Shown piece by piece: positions 1 to 17,443 of a stretch of DNA of 64,000 nucleotides. A program made the position numbers and the translations under genes. Under the pieces are notes generated by a model. That model ran no database searches and was not told the DNA's origin. It was given only the letters and a program-made list of their open reading frames with translations. This stretch comes from the human T2T-CHM13v2.0 reference genome, Homo sapiens: assembly GCF_009914755.1 (NCBI RefSeq), contig NC_060934.1; one strand, given 5' to 3'. Numbering within the stretch: position 1 is the stretch's first letter; each line of letters starts with the position of its first letter.

Positions 1-385
1 TGTTGCCTAGGCTGGTTGCGAATTCCTGAGCTCAGGCAATCCCCCCACCTCGGCCTCCCAAAGTGCTGGGATTACAGGTGTGAGCCACCGCTCCTGGCCA
101 CACCCAGCTAATTTTTGTAGTTTTAGTAGAGACAGGGGTTTCACCATGTTGGCCAGGCCGGTCTTGAGCTCCTGACCTCAAGTGTTCCTCTCACCTGAGC
201 CTCCCAAACTGTTGAGATTACAAGCATGAGCCACTGTGCCCAGCAATATATGTTGATTGGCTGGAATGTTTTACAGACATTCCCACACTTGCTTGGATAG
301 AGCATAAAATCTAGCAAAAGCCAGGTGTGCATTCCTGGAATCCCAGCACTTTGGGAGGCTGAGGCAGGCAGATGACTTGAGCTCA

Positions 386-682
<297 letters not shown>

Positions 683-2075
683 TCACCTTGCTAGAAAGAA
701 TCTAGCAAGCCCTGAAGAAGGCTGTGCTCATAAGGATGATTCCTACGACTCAGAAACATTTCTGTAAAAAAAGGAAAAAGAAGAAACAAATAAAAAGGAT
801 GGTTCCTGAGTTTGGATTCCTAAACAGTCCTGTGTCCAGACATTTGGCTAATAGGCTCTGGTTGTCTGATACTTCACTGTGAGGCTACAGGATTCTGCCT
901 TTAGACATTACCTTTGCCTTGAATGAACCTTTCATGTAAGATGCACTGAGATCACTTTAAAGGACAGAAAGCTGAGAGTTCATCCAGCTTAAACAGATTG
1001 TAGGAATTGTGAAATGGCTGCTTGGTAATAAATGTTAGTGTAGTAAAATTCAGGTGAGACTTGCTAGTATTAAGGTTGTGTGGAGGGCTGGGTGTGGTGG
1101 CTCACACCTGTAACCCTAGTACTTTGGGAGGCTTTTGAGCCAAGGAGCTTGAAACCAGCCTGGGCAACATGGTGAAACCCCATCTCTACAAAAAACACAA
1201 AAAATTAGTCAGATGTGGTGTTGCATGCTTGTAGTCCTAGCTACATTGGAGGCTGAGTTAGGAGGATGGCTTGAGCTCAGGAGGCAGAGGTTGCAGTGAG
1301 ATCACACCATTGCCCTCCAGCCTGGATGGTGGAATGAGACTCCTTTTCAAAAAAAAAAAGAAAAAGAAAAAAAGGTGGGGATTTAGGCAAATCTCACCTA
1401 CCTGTAACCATAACCATTTGTAGCCACTGTTATGCATTAAAAGCAAAATAAAACAAAAAAAAAATCCTACAAGTTGTGCATGATCAAGCTGGGCTGAGTC
1501 AGCTTACAACACCATTCTGCTGTGAGATAATTCTGTACCCTTCTAGGAGGTTCCAGGTAGCTCTAAGATCCGCCTCCACCATCAATCTTGCCCCCACAGT
1601 AAGCCTATGATGGAAAGAATCTTGCTAACTTTCCCAATGGAGGTGTAGGGAAATGCCAAGTCAGCGACAAGGCTAACTATCTGTTTCACAGTCCTCTTTC
1701 TACCCGATTTCACACCAGTATGTGAGCTATTAACAGGCTTAAGCCCAGAAAATACCCCTAACAAAATTGTATGCGGTAGCAACTCCTGAATGCTGATGAG
1801 AAGTTACATTTACATCAGTCTTTCCTGGTCCTGACCTCTCAGGGATTGCTTGCATCAGAAGCAAAAGATTTTCCATTAAAACATCTTGGTTGTTTGATTC
1901 AGCCTCTTAATTTACTGTCTCCATTTTCATTGCCCTTCTTTCCTCCATCCCCCCCACTCCCAGCATCCTTGACACCCCTGCTGGTTTCACTAGCTTACAA
2001 ACTGGCCCCTTGATTATGCTGAAGAAGATGCAGGAGTTAACGCTTCCTTCTTACCCCTAAGCAGTGACCACCTAC

Positions 2076-2175
2076 CTGAAGTGACATCATGGTTAATCCC
2101 ACTGACAGAAATGACAGCATTGGCGAGATTATTGTAATTCTCATCAAGCACCATTCCCTTGATGCCCTGGTGAAC
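2076..2175 (-). CDS. CPN1: CPN1 exon 7 (start of transthyretin-like domain); gene continues beyond the left edge
   Basis: [33 protein letters not shown](G); 100 nt; cag acceptor, GTAGG donor; cumulative CDS 1111 nt with no stop. Confidence 0.97.
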
Positions 2176-2685
2176 CTGCAGGAACAAGTATATAGTTATG
2201 ATCATAAAACATTTGTACCATTTGTACAGTGTTTTAGAGTCTCAAAGCCCTTTCTCTTATGTTTTTGTATTTTATCTTCACAAAGATGATGGTAATAGTC
2301 CCTTAACTGGTCTCTTTGCCTCTCTCCCTGCCCCAATTAATCTCTTCGCAATTAGAGTGGTCAGAGCGTTCCTGTTAAAGCCTGACTCAAATCATGTCAC
2401 TATCCTACTCAAAACCTAACTCACTTTGAGCAAAAGCTAAAGTTCTTGTGATGGTCTGTCTGTAAAGCTACCTGTTAGCTCTCTGATCCCATCTCCAACC
2501 ACCTTTTCTCTCCCTTACTTCTGAGATCAGTCCAGCCACACTGGTGTCCTGGTTTTCTTTTCTTTCTTTCTTTTTTTTTTTTTTTTTTTAATTTTTTTTA
2601 TTTGCTGTGACAGACTATAGTAAAATACACATAAAATAAAATTTACCATTTTAAGTGTACAGTTCAGTGTTATTAAATACATTTA

Positions 2686-2978
<293 letters not shown>

Positions 2979-3264
2979 TTTGTAATGTTGTGCGACCATC
3001 ATCACCACCCATCTGCATAACTCTTTTTATCTTAAAAAACTGAAACCCTATATCTATTAAACAATGATTCTCCATTATCCCCCCCCCCAGCCCCTGGCAA
3101 CCACCATTTTATCAACACTTTTCATCTCTATAATTTTGACTACTCTAAGTACCTAATATAAGTGGAATAATACAGTATTTGTCTTTTTGTGGATGGCTAA
3201 TTTCACTTGGCATAATGTCCTCAAGATTCATCCATGTTGTAGCATGTGTCAGAATTTCCTTCCT

Positions 3265-3548
<284 letters not shown>

Positions 3549-4742
3549 AGAGACAATTTCTTTCCTTTTTAAGGCTGTATAATATTCCACTGTATGGATA
3601 TACCACATTTGTTTATACAGTCATCCACCAATGAACACTGGGTTGCTCCCACTTTTTGGCTATTGTAAATAATGCTGTTACAAATATGGATGTGCAAATA
3701 TCTCTTTGAGGCCCTTATTTCCGTTCTTTTGAATATATACCCAAAAGTGGCATTGCTGGAGCACATAGGAATTCTAATTATTTGAGGAATTGCCAGTAAC
3801 TGTTTTTCATAATGATTGTACCACTTTACATTCCCATTAATAGTGCACAAGGGTTCCAATTTCTCCACATCCTTGCAAACATTTGTGAAGTTCTGTTTTT
3901 TTGATAGCAGCCATCCTAATCAATTTGAGGTGGAATCTCACTGTAGTTTTAATTTGCATTTCCCTAATGATTAGTGGTGCTGAGCATTTTTCATATTCTT
4001 TTTGTTGGTTTTGTATTTGCAGTTGTGTCCATTTCAAGGAACCCTTTTGTCCCCTAGATATCTGCATGTTTCTGTCCCTCACCTCCTTGAAATTTTTGTT
4101 TAAATGTCACCTCCTCTGTAAGACTTTCTTCATAGCATTTCTCTTTTAACATGTTATACAATTTATTGCTTACTGCCTGTCTTTCCTCACTAGAAGGTAA
4201 GTTCCATATGGGCAGGGATATTTGCTTATTTATTCATAATTCACAGCATATAGTACAGTTTCTGACAAATAGTTGTGCTTGATAATTTTTTTTGAGAAGG
4301 CTCTTGCTCTGCTGCCCAGGCTGGAGTGCAATGGCATGATCACAGCACACTGTAGCCTTGACCTCCCAGCACAAGACAAGCGATCCTCCCACCTCATCCT
4401 CCTGTGTAGCTGGGTCTACAGGAGCATGCCACCATGCTTGGCTATCTTTTTTTTTTTTTTTAGTAGACATGGGGTCTAGCTATGTTGCCCAGGCTGGTCT
4501 CAAACTCCTGAGCCCAAGTGATCCTCCCATCTCAGCTTCCCACACTGCCGGGATTACAGGTGAGAACCACTGCGTTCAGCTGCTCAATAATGTTGAATGA
4601 ATAAATCTCAATGGAAGAAGACGCCCAGATCTATTGGACTGAGTCAGAGCAAAAGTCAGACCTGAACCAGTGAAACACCTTGCCTGCCATTGAGAAGCAC
4701 TTCTCTTTTTGCAAACATGAGAGTTAACAAATGAGATTTTAC

Positions 4743-4882
4743 CTGTTCCAGGAACTGGATTAGGGCTTCCCGATTACCCAGCCACTCCCGCTGTAACTCC
4801 TCTTCGGGGGGAAACTTGTCGCAACTCAGTTCCAGCGTGATCTCAAAGCAGTTGGTATGGAGATAATTAAAGTCTTGCATTC
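4743..4882 (-). CDS. CPN1: CPN1 exon 6 (catalytic Glu308 in EITLELSC)
   Basis: [47 protein letters not shown]; 140 nt; AG/GT. Confidence 0.98.
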
Positions 4883-5117
4883 CTAAGGGAAAGAGGGCAG
4901 CAGCAGATTTCCATAACCAGGTTCCCACCCAATGCCCCATCTCATCTCTCTCTCTCTCTTTTTAAAATTTTCTGTTTTTATTTATTTGGGAATTACCTTT
5001 TAATTTTATTTATTTCATTGGCACATAATGTGTACATATTCATGTACATCACATAATAATATGTACATATTCATGGGGCACACATAGTGACGTTTCAATA
5101 GACACATGTATAGTGAT

Positions 5118-5399
5118 TGGTGTAAATGAGTGGGGCAAGAGTCCGAGGAGATTAGTTGTGGCAATAAAAATAATCAGGGAAATTAGTATAAGGGACCAGG
5201 TTCGTCCCTTAATGTTATGTATCGTTATTATTTGTTTTAAGGTGAGTTGAAGTAGTCATTGTTGAGTGGTGATTAGTCGGTTGTTGATGAGGTATTTGGA
5301 GGTTGGGACCAGTGAGGGGGGAAATAGGATGATTGGTACTGTGGCGGGTAGGCCTAGTACTGTAGGGGTAATGAATGAAGCGAATAAATTTTCGTTCAT
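5118..5399 (-). pseudogene. MT-ATP6 pseudogene fragment (first 94 codons)
   Basis: [58 protein letters not shown]...[12 protein letters not shown] in the mitochondrial code. Confidence 0.95.
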
Positions 5400-5560
5400 T
5401 TTGGTTCTCAGGGCTTACTGTAGTTTTTTATTTTAATAAATTTTGGTGAGGTGGGCAGATGGCAGTGTGTGTTTAGTATTTTTAGTTGGGTGATGAGAAA
5501 TAACGTGAGGAGTATTGGGGTGATGATAGCAGGTCATACAGTGGTATTTAGCTGTGGCAT
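5354..5560 (-). pseudogene. MT-ATP8 pseudogene (complete 68-codon frame in the mitochondrial code)
   Basis: [68 protein letters not shown] with TGA read as Trp; stops at codon 9 in the nuclear code. Confidence 0.95.
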
Positions 5561-5561
5561 T

Positions 5562-5631
5562 TCACTGTAAAGAGATAATGATTCTCTTAGTCTTTAACTT
5601 AAAAGGTTAATGCTGGGTTAGCTTTACAGTG
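5562..5631 (-). tRNA. Mitochondrial-type tRNA-Lys(UUU) copy, NUMT-derived, probably a pseudogene
   Basis: CACTGTA AA GCT AACCC AGC A TTAAC CTTTTAA GTTAA AGACT AAGAG AATCATTAT CTCTT TACAGTG A; 70 nt; all stems pair; TTT anticodon. Confidence 0.93.
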
Positions 5632-6321
5632 AACTCTGGCGAGGGCTAATCAGGCTAATTAGGCTAATTAGAATATCCATCCTCCCAAACATTTATCATT
5701 TCTTTGTGTTGGAAACATCCAGCACCCCCTTCATTACCTTCTTTTTTTCTTTTCTTCATCAACTTCTATTCTACCTCTTGACCTCTATTTCTTTCTTTCC
5801 TCCATAACATTTTTCCCAAGTTCCCAGTTCACATGCCTCTCTCTCTGCAGTTTCGTTTCCTCTCTTCATAAATGCCCCTTTTGTCATCTTCATCCTTTAT
5901 GTTTTTTTTCCATTTCATGACTGAATTTCACTTCTTGTCCCTTTTAACATTTCCAAAGTCTGCATATTAGCTGTGCCTTACTATAGACTATGCACATGAC
6001 CTGTTTTTAAAAGAATAGATTTTTCTCCTTAAACTACAATGTTCTTCAGACCTGGGAGGTTAGGAATGAGATTAATATTTTGCTTTCACATCCCTTCTCC
6101 TATCTAAGAACACAATATTAATCTGAAAATACCCATCCCAGAAAAACAGACTCCTGAAGAAGCAGAAGACAGCTATATTTTCTTCTTTTTCTATAAAATA
6201 CTTGCTTGTTCTGATCTTCCACATTATTCAATTGAATCAATTACTTTTTAATATGTTTCTCATTATTAGGATGGTTATTTACATTATAATTTCATTTGGG
6301 TTAAAAATTATCCACTTAAAA

Positions 6322-8287
<1,966 letters not shown>

Positions 8288-8422
8288 TCAAAATAAATAA
8301 ATAAATGAAGATGAAAAAAATTATCACTTACTTTTTAAGCTGATGAATGCAAGCAGCTGTTACAGAAAGAATGGGGAAAGTTGAAGAATAATAACTACAG
8401 CCTATTAAATTGGCTCTCTCCA

Positions 8423-9126
8423 AATAGTATGGAGGTTCCTCAAAAAACTAGAAATAGAACTACTAGTTGATTCAGCAATCCCACTGCTGGGTATATACCC
8501 AAAACAAAGGAAATCAGTATGTTGAAGAGTTATCTGCGCTCCCTTGTTTGCTGCAGCACTATTCACAATAGCCAAGATTTGGAAGCAACCTAAGTGTGCA
8601 TCAACAGACGAATGGATAAAGAAAATGTGGCACATATACACAATGGAGTACTATTCAGTCATTAAAAAAAATAAGATCCTGTCATTTGCAAAAACAGGGA
8701 TGAAGCCAGGCACAGAAAAACAGACTTTGCATGTTCTTTCTCATTTGTGGGAGCTAAAAATTTAAATAATTGAACTCATGAAAATAAAGAGGAAGGATGG
8801 TTACCAGAGGCTGGGAAGGATGGTGGGGGTGGGGAGAATGGGGATGGTTAATAGATACAAAAAATAGTTAGAAAGAATGAATGATAGCACAAAAGGGTGA
8901 CTACCATCAGCAATAATTTGCTGTAACTTTTAGAATAACTGAGGGAGTACAATTGGAATGTTGGTAACACAAAGAAATGAATGCTTGAGGGGATGGACAT
9001 GTCATTTACCCTGATGTAATTATTACACATTGCATGCCTGTATTAAAATATCACATATACCCCATAAATATATACACTTCGTATGTATCCATAAAAATTA
9101 AAAAATGCTTGAATAAAATAAATAAG
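8423..9126 (+). mobile_element. 5'-truncated L1 (L1MA/L1PB-like) 3' end
   Basis: L1 3' sequence with A-rich tail; 17-bp TSD TAAATTGGYTCTCTCCA at 8406-8422 and 9127-9143. Confidence 0.85.
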
Positions 9127-9143
9127 TAAATTGGTTCTCTCCA

Positions 9144-9327
9144 TGCATTAGAATCACCTAGAAGGCTGAAACTTCTGGCTAAATACAGCTTGCTGGGCTT
9201 CACCCTCAGAGTTTCTGATTCAGTAGGTACGAGGTGGGGTACCACTTATTAGAAATGTACATTTCTAGTAAGTTCCCAGCTCATGCTGATATGCTAATCA
9301 AGAGACCACACTGTTGGAAGAACCATT
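9144..9327. mobile_element. MER5A (hAT-Charlie) remnant
   Basis: CATTAGAATCACCT...CAGAGTTTCTGATTCAGTAGGT...AAGTTCCCAG...GACCACACT...GAACCA. Confidence 0.75.
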
Positions 9328-10490
9328 TTGATAAATTTAATGACTTTGGAATTGTACCAGCTTAATTTAGGGCAATGATTCTCAGTGGAGGCATGGGCCT
9401 TGCTCTCTCAGAGGATGGAGAGGGAGAGGGAGGAGAGAGAGAAAAAAAGAACAAGCATAATTTGAAAAAGTATATTGGTTATTTTCAATTTGGAGGGCAA
9501 AAAATATTTTGCTTTCCTAATGCAAACTAAAGAAAGTAACTTTAAAAAAACATTTAAAATTACGGATGTATTTATTTATTTATTTTTCAGAGACAGGGTC
9601 TCGCTCTGCTGCCCAGGCTGGAGTGCAGTGTCATGATCATAGCTCACTGTAGCCTTGAACTCCCACCTTAAGCCATCCTCCCACCTCAGCCTCTCAAAGC
9701 GCTGAGATTACAGGTATGAGCCACTGCGCCCAGCCGTGCCTTGTATTCAAGCGAGTTTTTGTCCCCAGTCTACCCTCCCAGTACATGGCAACTCCTCAGT
9801 TTTGCACCTCTCTACTCTCCACAGGACCAGCCACCAACTCAGTTCTCACCAATCTGCTGCCTGGGCCATGGCCAGGTCAGATTTGAAGGATGGGGAAAGA
9901 CAGGTGCTAGAGAATGATTCCTAAAAGAACTCAGCTTCTTGCTCCAGACTCTTCTCTATTCTTCAATCCAGTGAAGGCTCATAAACGGAGGTTCTATCTT
10001 GACCCCTGGTCATGGGGAAGGCCCAGGGGATAGAGACAGAAGTCTCTTGTGGAGGTTTCTGCTCTTGAAGGTTACATTATCAATGGCCAATGTCCATGGC
10101 AAACCCCTGCTTGTGGGGGCCTGGCAGTTAGGGTCCAGGGAATGTATCTCAGGGGAACTGGTTGTGCCCAGGCCAGCTCCTCTGCTCATCTGTTGTTGTG
10201 TGAGGCATACTACTGTGCTACTTTTTAAAATACAGTTACACCATTTATAAGCCAGGCATTTCCAAATGCCTTATGTGTATTATTTTATTTAATACTCATA
10301 TTAAAATTACGAGGCAAGTATTCTTTCTTTTTTTTTTTTTTGGAGTCTCACTCCGTTGTCCAGGCTGGAGTGCAGTGGTGCAATCTTGGCTCACTGCACT
10401 GCAGCCTTGACTTCCTGGGCTCAGGTGATCCTCCCACCTCAGCCTCCCCATTAGCTGGGACTACAGGTGTGCACCACCATGCCCACCTAA

Positions 10491-10640
<150 letters not shown>

Positions 10641-10839
10641 TAATTACAGATGAGGAAACCAAAGCACAGAGAGAATAAGTAATTATCCATCCCAGAGCCA
10701 CATGACTAGTAAATGGGCATGAGAGTTTCAACCCAATCTACTCTCAGATACCACAAATGACTACATTATTTTCCTCCTATGCCCTAATCTATTGTGTAAA
10801 CCACCAGTTTTACAGGACCAAAAGGTGTCCCTACTTTAG

Positions 10840-11150
<311 letters not shown>

Positions 11151-11343
11151 ATCCCCACCTTAGTTTTAAAGAATCACAATATGATCACTAAATGCCAACC
11201 TGAGACTTCCTCATTTTCCAGATCTCAACTTGAGTGCAAAATTCTATGCTATTCCCATTGTTTCCCTGAGAAAACTGGGAATTTAGAAGGAGAAATGAGC
11301 ACTATTCCACTTCAGCTTGAGCAGTTCCCAGGACTCCCCTTAC

Positions 11344-11455
11344 CCTTGCTGAGAGAATACCAGGAAGCCCCATTGGTGATGCCATCTGGGAAGTAATCTC
11401 CGCAGTTCCAACCTTGGAACATCCATCCATGTGCATAGGAGTAGACCTTGGCCAG
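11344..11455 (-). CDS. CPN1: CPN1 exon 5
   Basis: Hand translation [37 protein letters not shown](G); 112 nt; ctag acceptor, GTAAG donor. Confidence 0.97.
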
Positions 11456-11613
11456 CTAGAGGAAAAGCAGGAGGAAAACGACCTTGATGATTCCCAACTC
11501 AAATGGCAATGCTCCTACTCACAACTAGGTTGAAGCCAAGAAGCCCTGCTGGGTATATAAACAGTGGATTATTTGCTTTAGTGAAAGAAAATAGGATCAG
11601 GGATAGAAACAGC

Positions 11614-11708
11614 GTGTGTATGTGTGTGTGTATGTGTGTATATGTAGGTGGGTATGTGTGAATGCATGTGTGTGAATGTGACTGTGTGTCTAAGAGAGTG
11701 TATGTGTG
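11614..11708. repeat. Imperfect (TG)/(TATG) microsatellite
   Basis: Direct reading. Confidence 0.85.
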
Positions 11709-12129
11709 GTAGACTAGAGTTAGGAGATCTGTATTCTGATTTTGTCACTATCTTGGGGCTGAGTTTTCTCTTGTGCAAAGTGAGGAGTTGCACTAGATGA
11801 TATTGAAGGTCCCTTGTTTTTGTGCCATTTTCTAGCCGAATTTTGTCAAAGAAATCAAGGAGTAAGTAAGGCAAGACTTCTCCAGTAAAAGTAATGCATA
11901 TTTAGGGGGTGAGAGTCGTGCGTTGCAGGGAGAGGAATATATTTGAACTCTATAATTCTCCTTCATTACTATTTACTATACAGTGGACAAAGTGAGATCA
12001 ATGGAGAAAAAAACAATGTGCTATTCACCATGTAGTTCATTAATGATTAATACTTAATATCATTAATGTTTATTTAAATTATATAGATATATTATATATT
12101 AATATATTAGTATATAATTTTTTTTTTGA

Positions 12130-12567
<438 letters not shown>

Positions 12568-12917
12568 TAATATGGATTTATTATCATAAAATTCTACTTT
12601 AGACCCCCCCAAAAATTCACATTTAATGACACTCGTGCTATTAGTCTTCGGGCATATTTCTTGCTCATCATTAGCCTAAGTATTTTCTGCATCGTGGTAA
12701 TTACTATGAAGCTTTCTTTGTATTTACTTTGTTATGAATCTATGGCTTATCATTCAAAACCAAATGTCATTTACTAGACTGTAAGCTCCTCACAAACAAG
12801 CGGTATTTTCAATTATTTTCTGTGGCCTCGCACTGAAAAGGGTTCTGTGTTACTGACCTTAAGCTCACCTCCTGAGCCCCAAGTTCCCCTGGCGGGACAA
12901 GCTGCTTCTCCACATAC

Positions 12918-13100
12918 CTTCTGGAAAAGCTTGTCGTCAGGCGTGGGGGTGCTGGCGGTGCGGCGGACCCCTCGGACCCGGTGCTCAAAGGACTTGTCAT
13001 ACGGGTAATTGGCCACCACCGCCCCTCCGTGGAGATTGGCTGAAAGAACAAAGTTGAAGGAGTGCATCCACCGGATCACCGCCCGGGTCTCGGGTTCCAC
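12918..13100 (-). CDS. CPN1: CPN1 exon 4 (third zinc ligand His216, SANLHGG)
   Basis: [35 protein letters not shown]...TPDDKLFQK; 183 nt; AG/GT. Confidence 0.98.
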
Positions 13101-13637
13101 CTGGGAGGAGGCGAGAGGTTGGCGGTGAAGGGGCAACTGGGGCTACCAAACAAACGGCGGTTAGAGTAAGTCTGTCAGGAAGTGGCCTGAGGAGATAAAA
13201 TGTCTGAATGAAACATTGAGCGTCCTGGCGGATATGAAAAGTGGAGATGGGGAAATGTTGACCTTTGGAATGATGGTTTCAACAATGGCGTGTATAGAAC
13301 TTTTTTCAAAATGAAATCTTATGTGGAATCCCAATATACAAAAGAGGTAAAGAGAGAGCATTTAGGGCAAGGAAACTATTCTGTATGATACCATAATGGT
13401 GGCTATATATCATCATACCTTTGTTGAGACCCATAGAATGCACAATACCAAGAGAGCAGTAAGGTAAGTATGGACTGGGAGCGCTCATGGTGAGTTAAGG
13501 TAGGTTCATGACTGACTGTGATAAACACACCCCTCTGGGGTGGGATGTTGATGGTGGGGTGGGTGGAGTGGGGTGGGGAGTATATGAGAACTCTGTACTT
13601 TTTGCTCAATTTTGCTGTGAACCTAAAACTACCCTAA

Positions 13638-14091
<454 letters not shown>

Positions 14092-15601
14092 TGACTTCTA
14101 AGTCATCTTAGCAGAAATTTAGGACTCCAATAAATCAATCTTAAAAATGCTAGTTTACAGTGATGGTTTTCAACCTCCTTCCTCCCTGCTGTAATATTGA
14201 CATGTAGAACACACTCCTGTGGTCAAATCCAAATTTCATGGGTTAGACATACTGTCAGATGGGCCAGTCTTGGCTAAGCAGTGAAATTCCACCTTTCTAT
14301 TGCATATTATATTGCTAGTGAGTGACAATATTCCAAAGAAAGCCTTGAATCCACTGGGACTTGCAGTGTAAGTAAATAATTTACAGTCTACAGCATTTTT
14401 CCTCCTCTCAGGATGAACAAGTTTAGAGATTATGTAGTGTTACTGTGTTAATGGCTCCTTCTGGACCAAGGTCAGCTCTACAGGCTCCATCTTTTCCATC
14501 CCAAGGGGACTGGATAAATAGGGTTGAGTCTTAATCAGAATGAATATAATTGCGAGGGCACCAGTCTTGGTCTGTGACCAGGGCTCAGACCCTCTGGGGC
14601 AGTTCTGTCTTTGTGTCCTAAGCCTCTATCAGAACAAGGCCAGCTTTTCACTGTTCCTCTTCCTCAAGGATATTCCATCAGGAGCGAGGGAAACCTCTTT
14701 GCTTTTCCCCCTAAAATTTAGACAGAGGATTGAGTGGGAGCCTAGTTATCATTGATTCAATTACCTTATTTTACTTAGAGAAACAAGTTTATTACATCAG
14801 AACATTCTTCTGGTTGGATATCCTGACTAACACGAAGTTCTTTGCTTTTTGGTTTTGGTTTTGGTTTTTTTGTGAGATGGAGTCTTGATCTGTCGCCCAG
14901 ACTAGAGTGCAGTGATGCCATCTGCAACCTCCGCCATCTGGGTTCAAGCAATTCTCCTGCTTCAGCCTCCCAAGTAGCTGGGATTATAGGCGCCCACCAC
15001 CACAGCTGGCTAATTTTTGTATTTTTAGTAGGATGGGGTTTCACCATGTTAGCCAGGCTGGTCTCGAACTCCTGACCTCAGCTGATCTGCCCGCTTCTGC
15101 CTCCCAAAGTGCTGGGATTACAGGTGTGAGCCACTGCGCCCAGCCTTACAAAGTTATTTTTTATTTACTATTTACTTGAACCAAGAGGATAGTTGCTGTT
15201 TGAAATCTAACATGTCAGCATGGCTTTTGCTTCATTTTCAAGGGAGAAAAAAACCCCAGAATACTCCATTTGGGAAACTCCCAATTAAAAGGCTTACACC
15301 TGCTTTGCTTTTCTTTCCCCAGTCTCTAAATTTAGACATTCACAAATAGAACATTTCAAACTATCCCACACAGCGTGATCACCAGGGGTGGCAGTGATGC
15401 TTAGAGAATGCCTAGTTATTTTCAGGAGCAGGCCCACCAGCAGGGTGAAACCACTCACATTACCAAGGACTTCCATTATAGGCCTCTTGGAGAGTGAGGC
15501 CTAGGAATATGGAATGGGATCCTCTGATTGGAAGAGTAAGGGAAATCAGGGAGGGTATAGTAATGATAAAGTAGTCAAAGGTCATATAGAAAGGGAAAAG
15601 G

Positions 15602-16243
<642 letters not shown>

Positions 16244-16933
16244 CGAAAACTAAGGGTTAGATTCCTTGAACTTTTTTTTTGTTTGTTTGTTTTGGAGACA
16301 GGGTCTCTTGCTCTGTCACCCAGGCTGGAGCAGGCAGGACAATAGTTCACTGTAACCTTGAACTCTTAAACTCCTTCAAGGGATCCTCCCAAATAGCTAA
16401 GTCTATGACATGTGCCACTACACCCAGCTAAATTTTGTATTTTTATTTTGTAGAGATGGGGCCTCACTGTGTTGCCCAGGCTAGTCTCAAACTCCTGACC
16501 TCAAGCAATCCTCCCGTCTCAGCTTCCCAAAGTGCTGGGATTACAGGTGTGAGACACCACACCCAGCCTGAGACTCTTTCTATAGCTAATTGTTGGTTAA
16601 GCACACAGCTTATCACGAGTAAGACAGACGTCTCTATAGAATGCTTCTGTCCACAGTCTAGTGTAGTAGAAAGAATGTTGGAATAAGAATCAGAAGGCCT
16701 GCATCTTCATCCCGATTCCATCAATCACTACCTGTGAGAATGTAAATTATTTTCTCTCTAAGTGTAATAGCTATAAAACAGAGATGGATAACACTGCTTG
16801 GTGCATTTCACATGATGTCATGATCAACTGAAACTGGCTGTGAAATAATTCTGGAAAATTGTTAAGAACCATGCAACCAAATGATACTGCTTTCATATCC
16901 TTCACCACAATCACCACTAATATCAAACATTTA

Positions 16934-17225
<292 letters not shown>

Positions 17226-17443
17226 TCACTTAGTGTGTGCTCCATGGAGGGCTCTATGCTGAGGAGAAAATAAATACAAAGACACGGAAGAAATATATAT
17301 TATTGCTCTAGATGGGTTAATACTGAGTTGAGTTGATGCTTAATTCTTGCTTGTTTAGTTGATGTAAAGATGGCTTAGCAGTCTTTCTGCAAGAAATTCC
17401 AGATGCTGATTTACCTGCTTTGTTTGCAAATTTCATCTCCTAC

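Larger units (their letters stand above)
5113..5648 (-). other. NUMT (nuclear mitochondrial DNA segment: COII/tRNA-Lys spacer, tRNA-Lys, ATP8, 5' ATP6) in CPN1 intron 5
   Basis: Reverse complement is collinear with the mtDNA gene order tRNA-Lys, ATP8, ATP6, including the 46-nt ATP8/ATP6 overlap and TGA-Trp codons. Confidence 0.97.
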
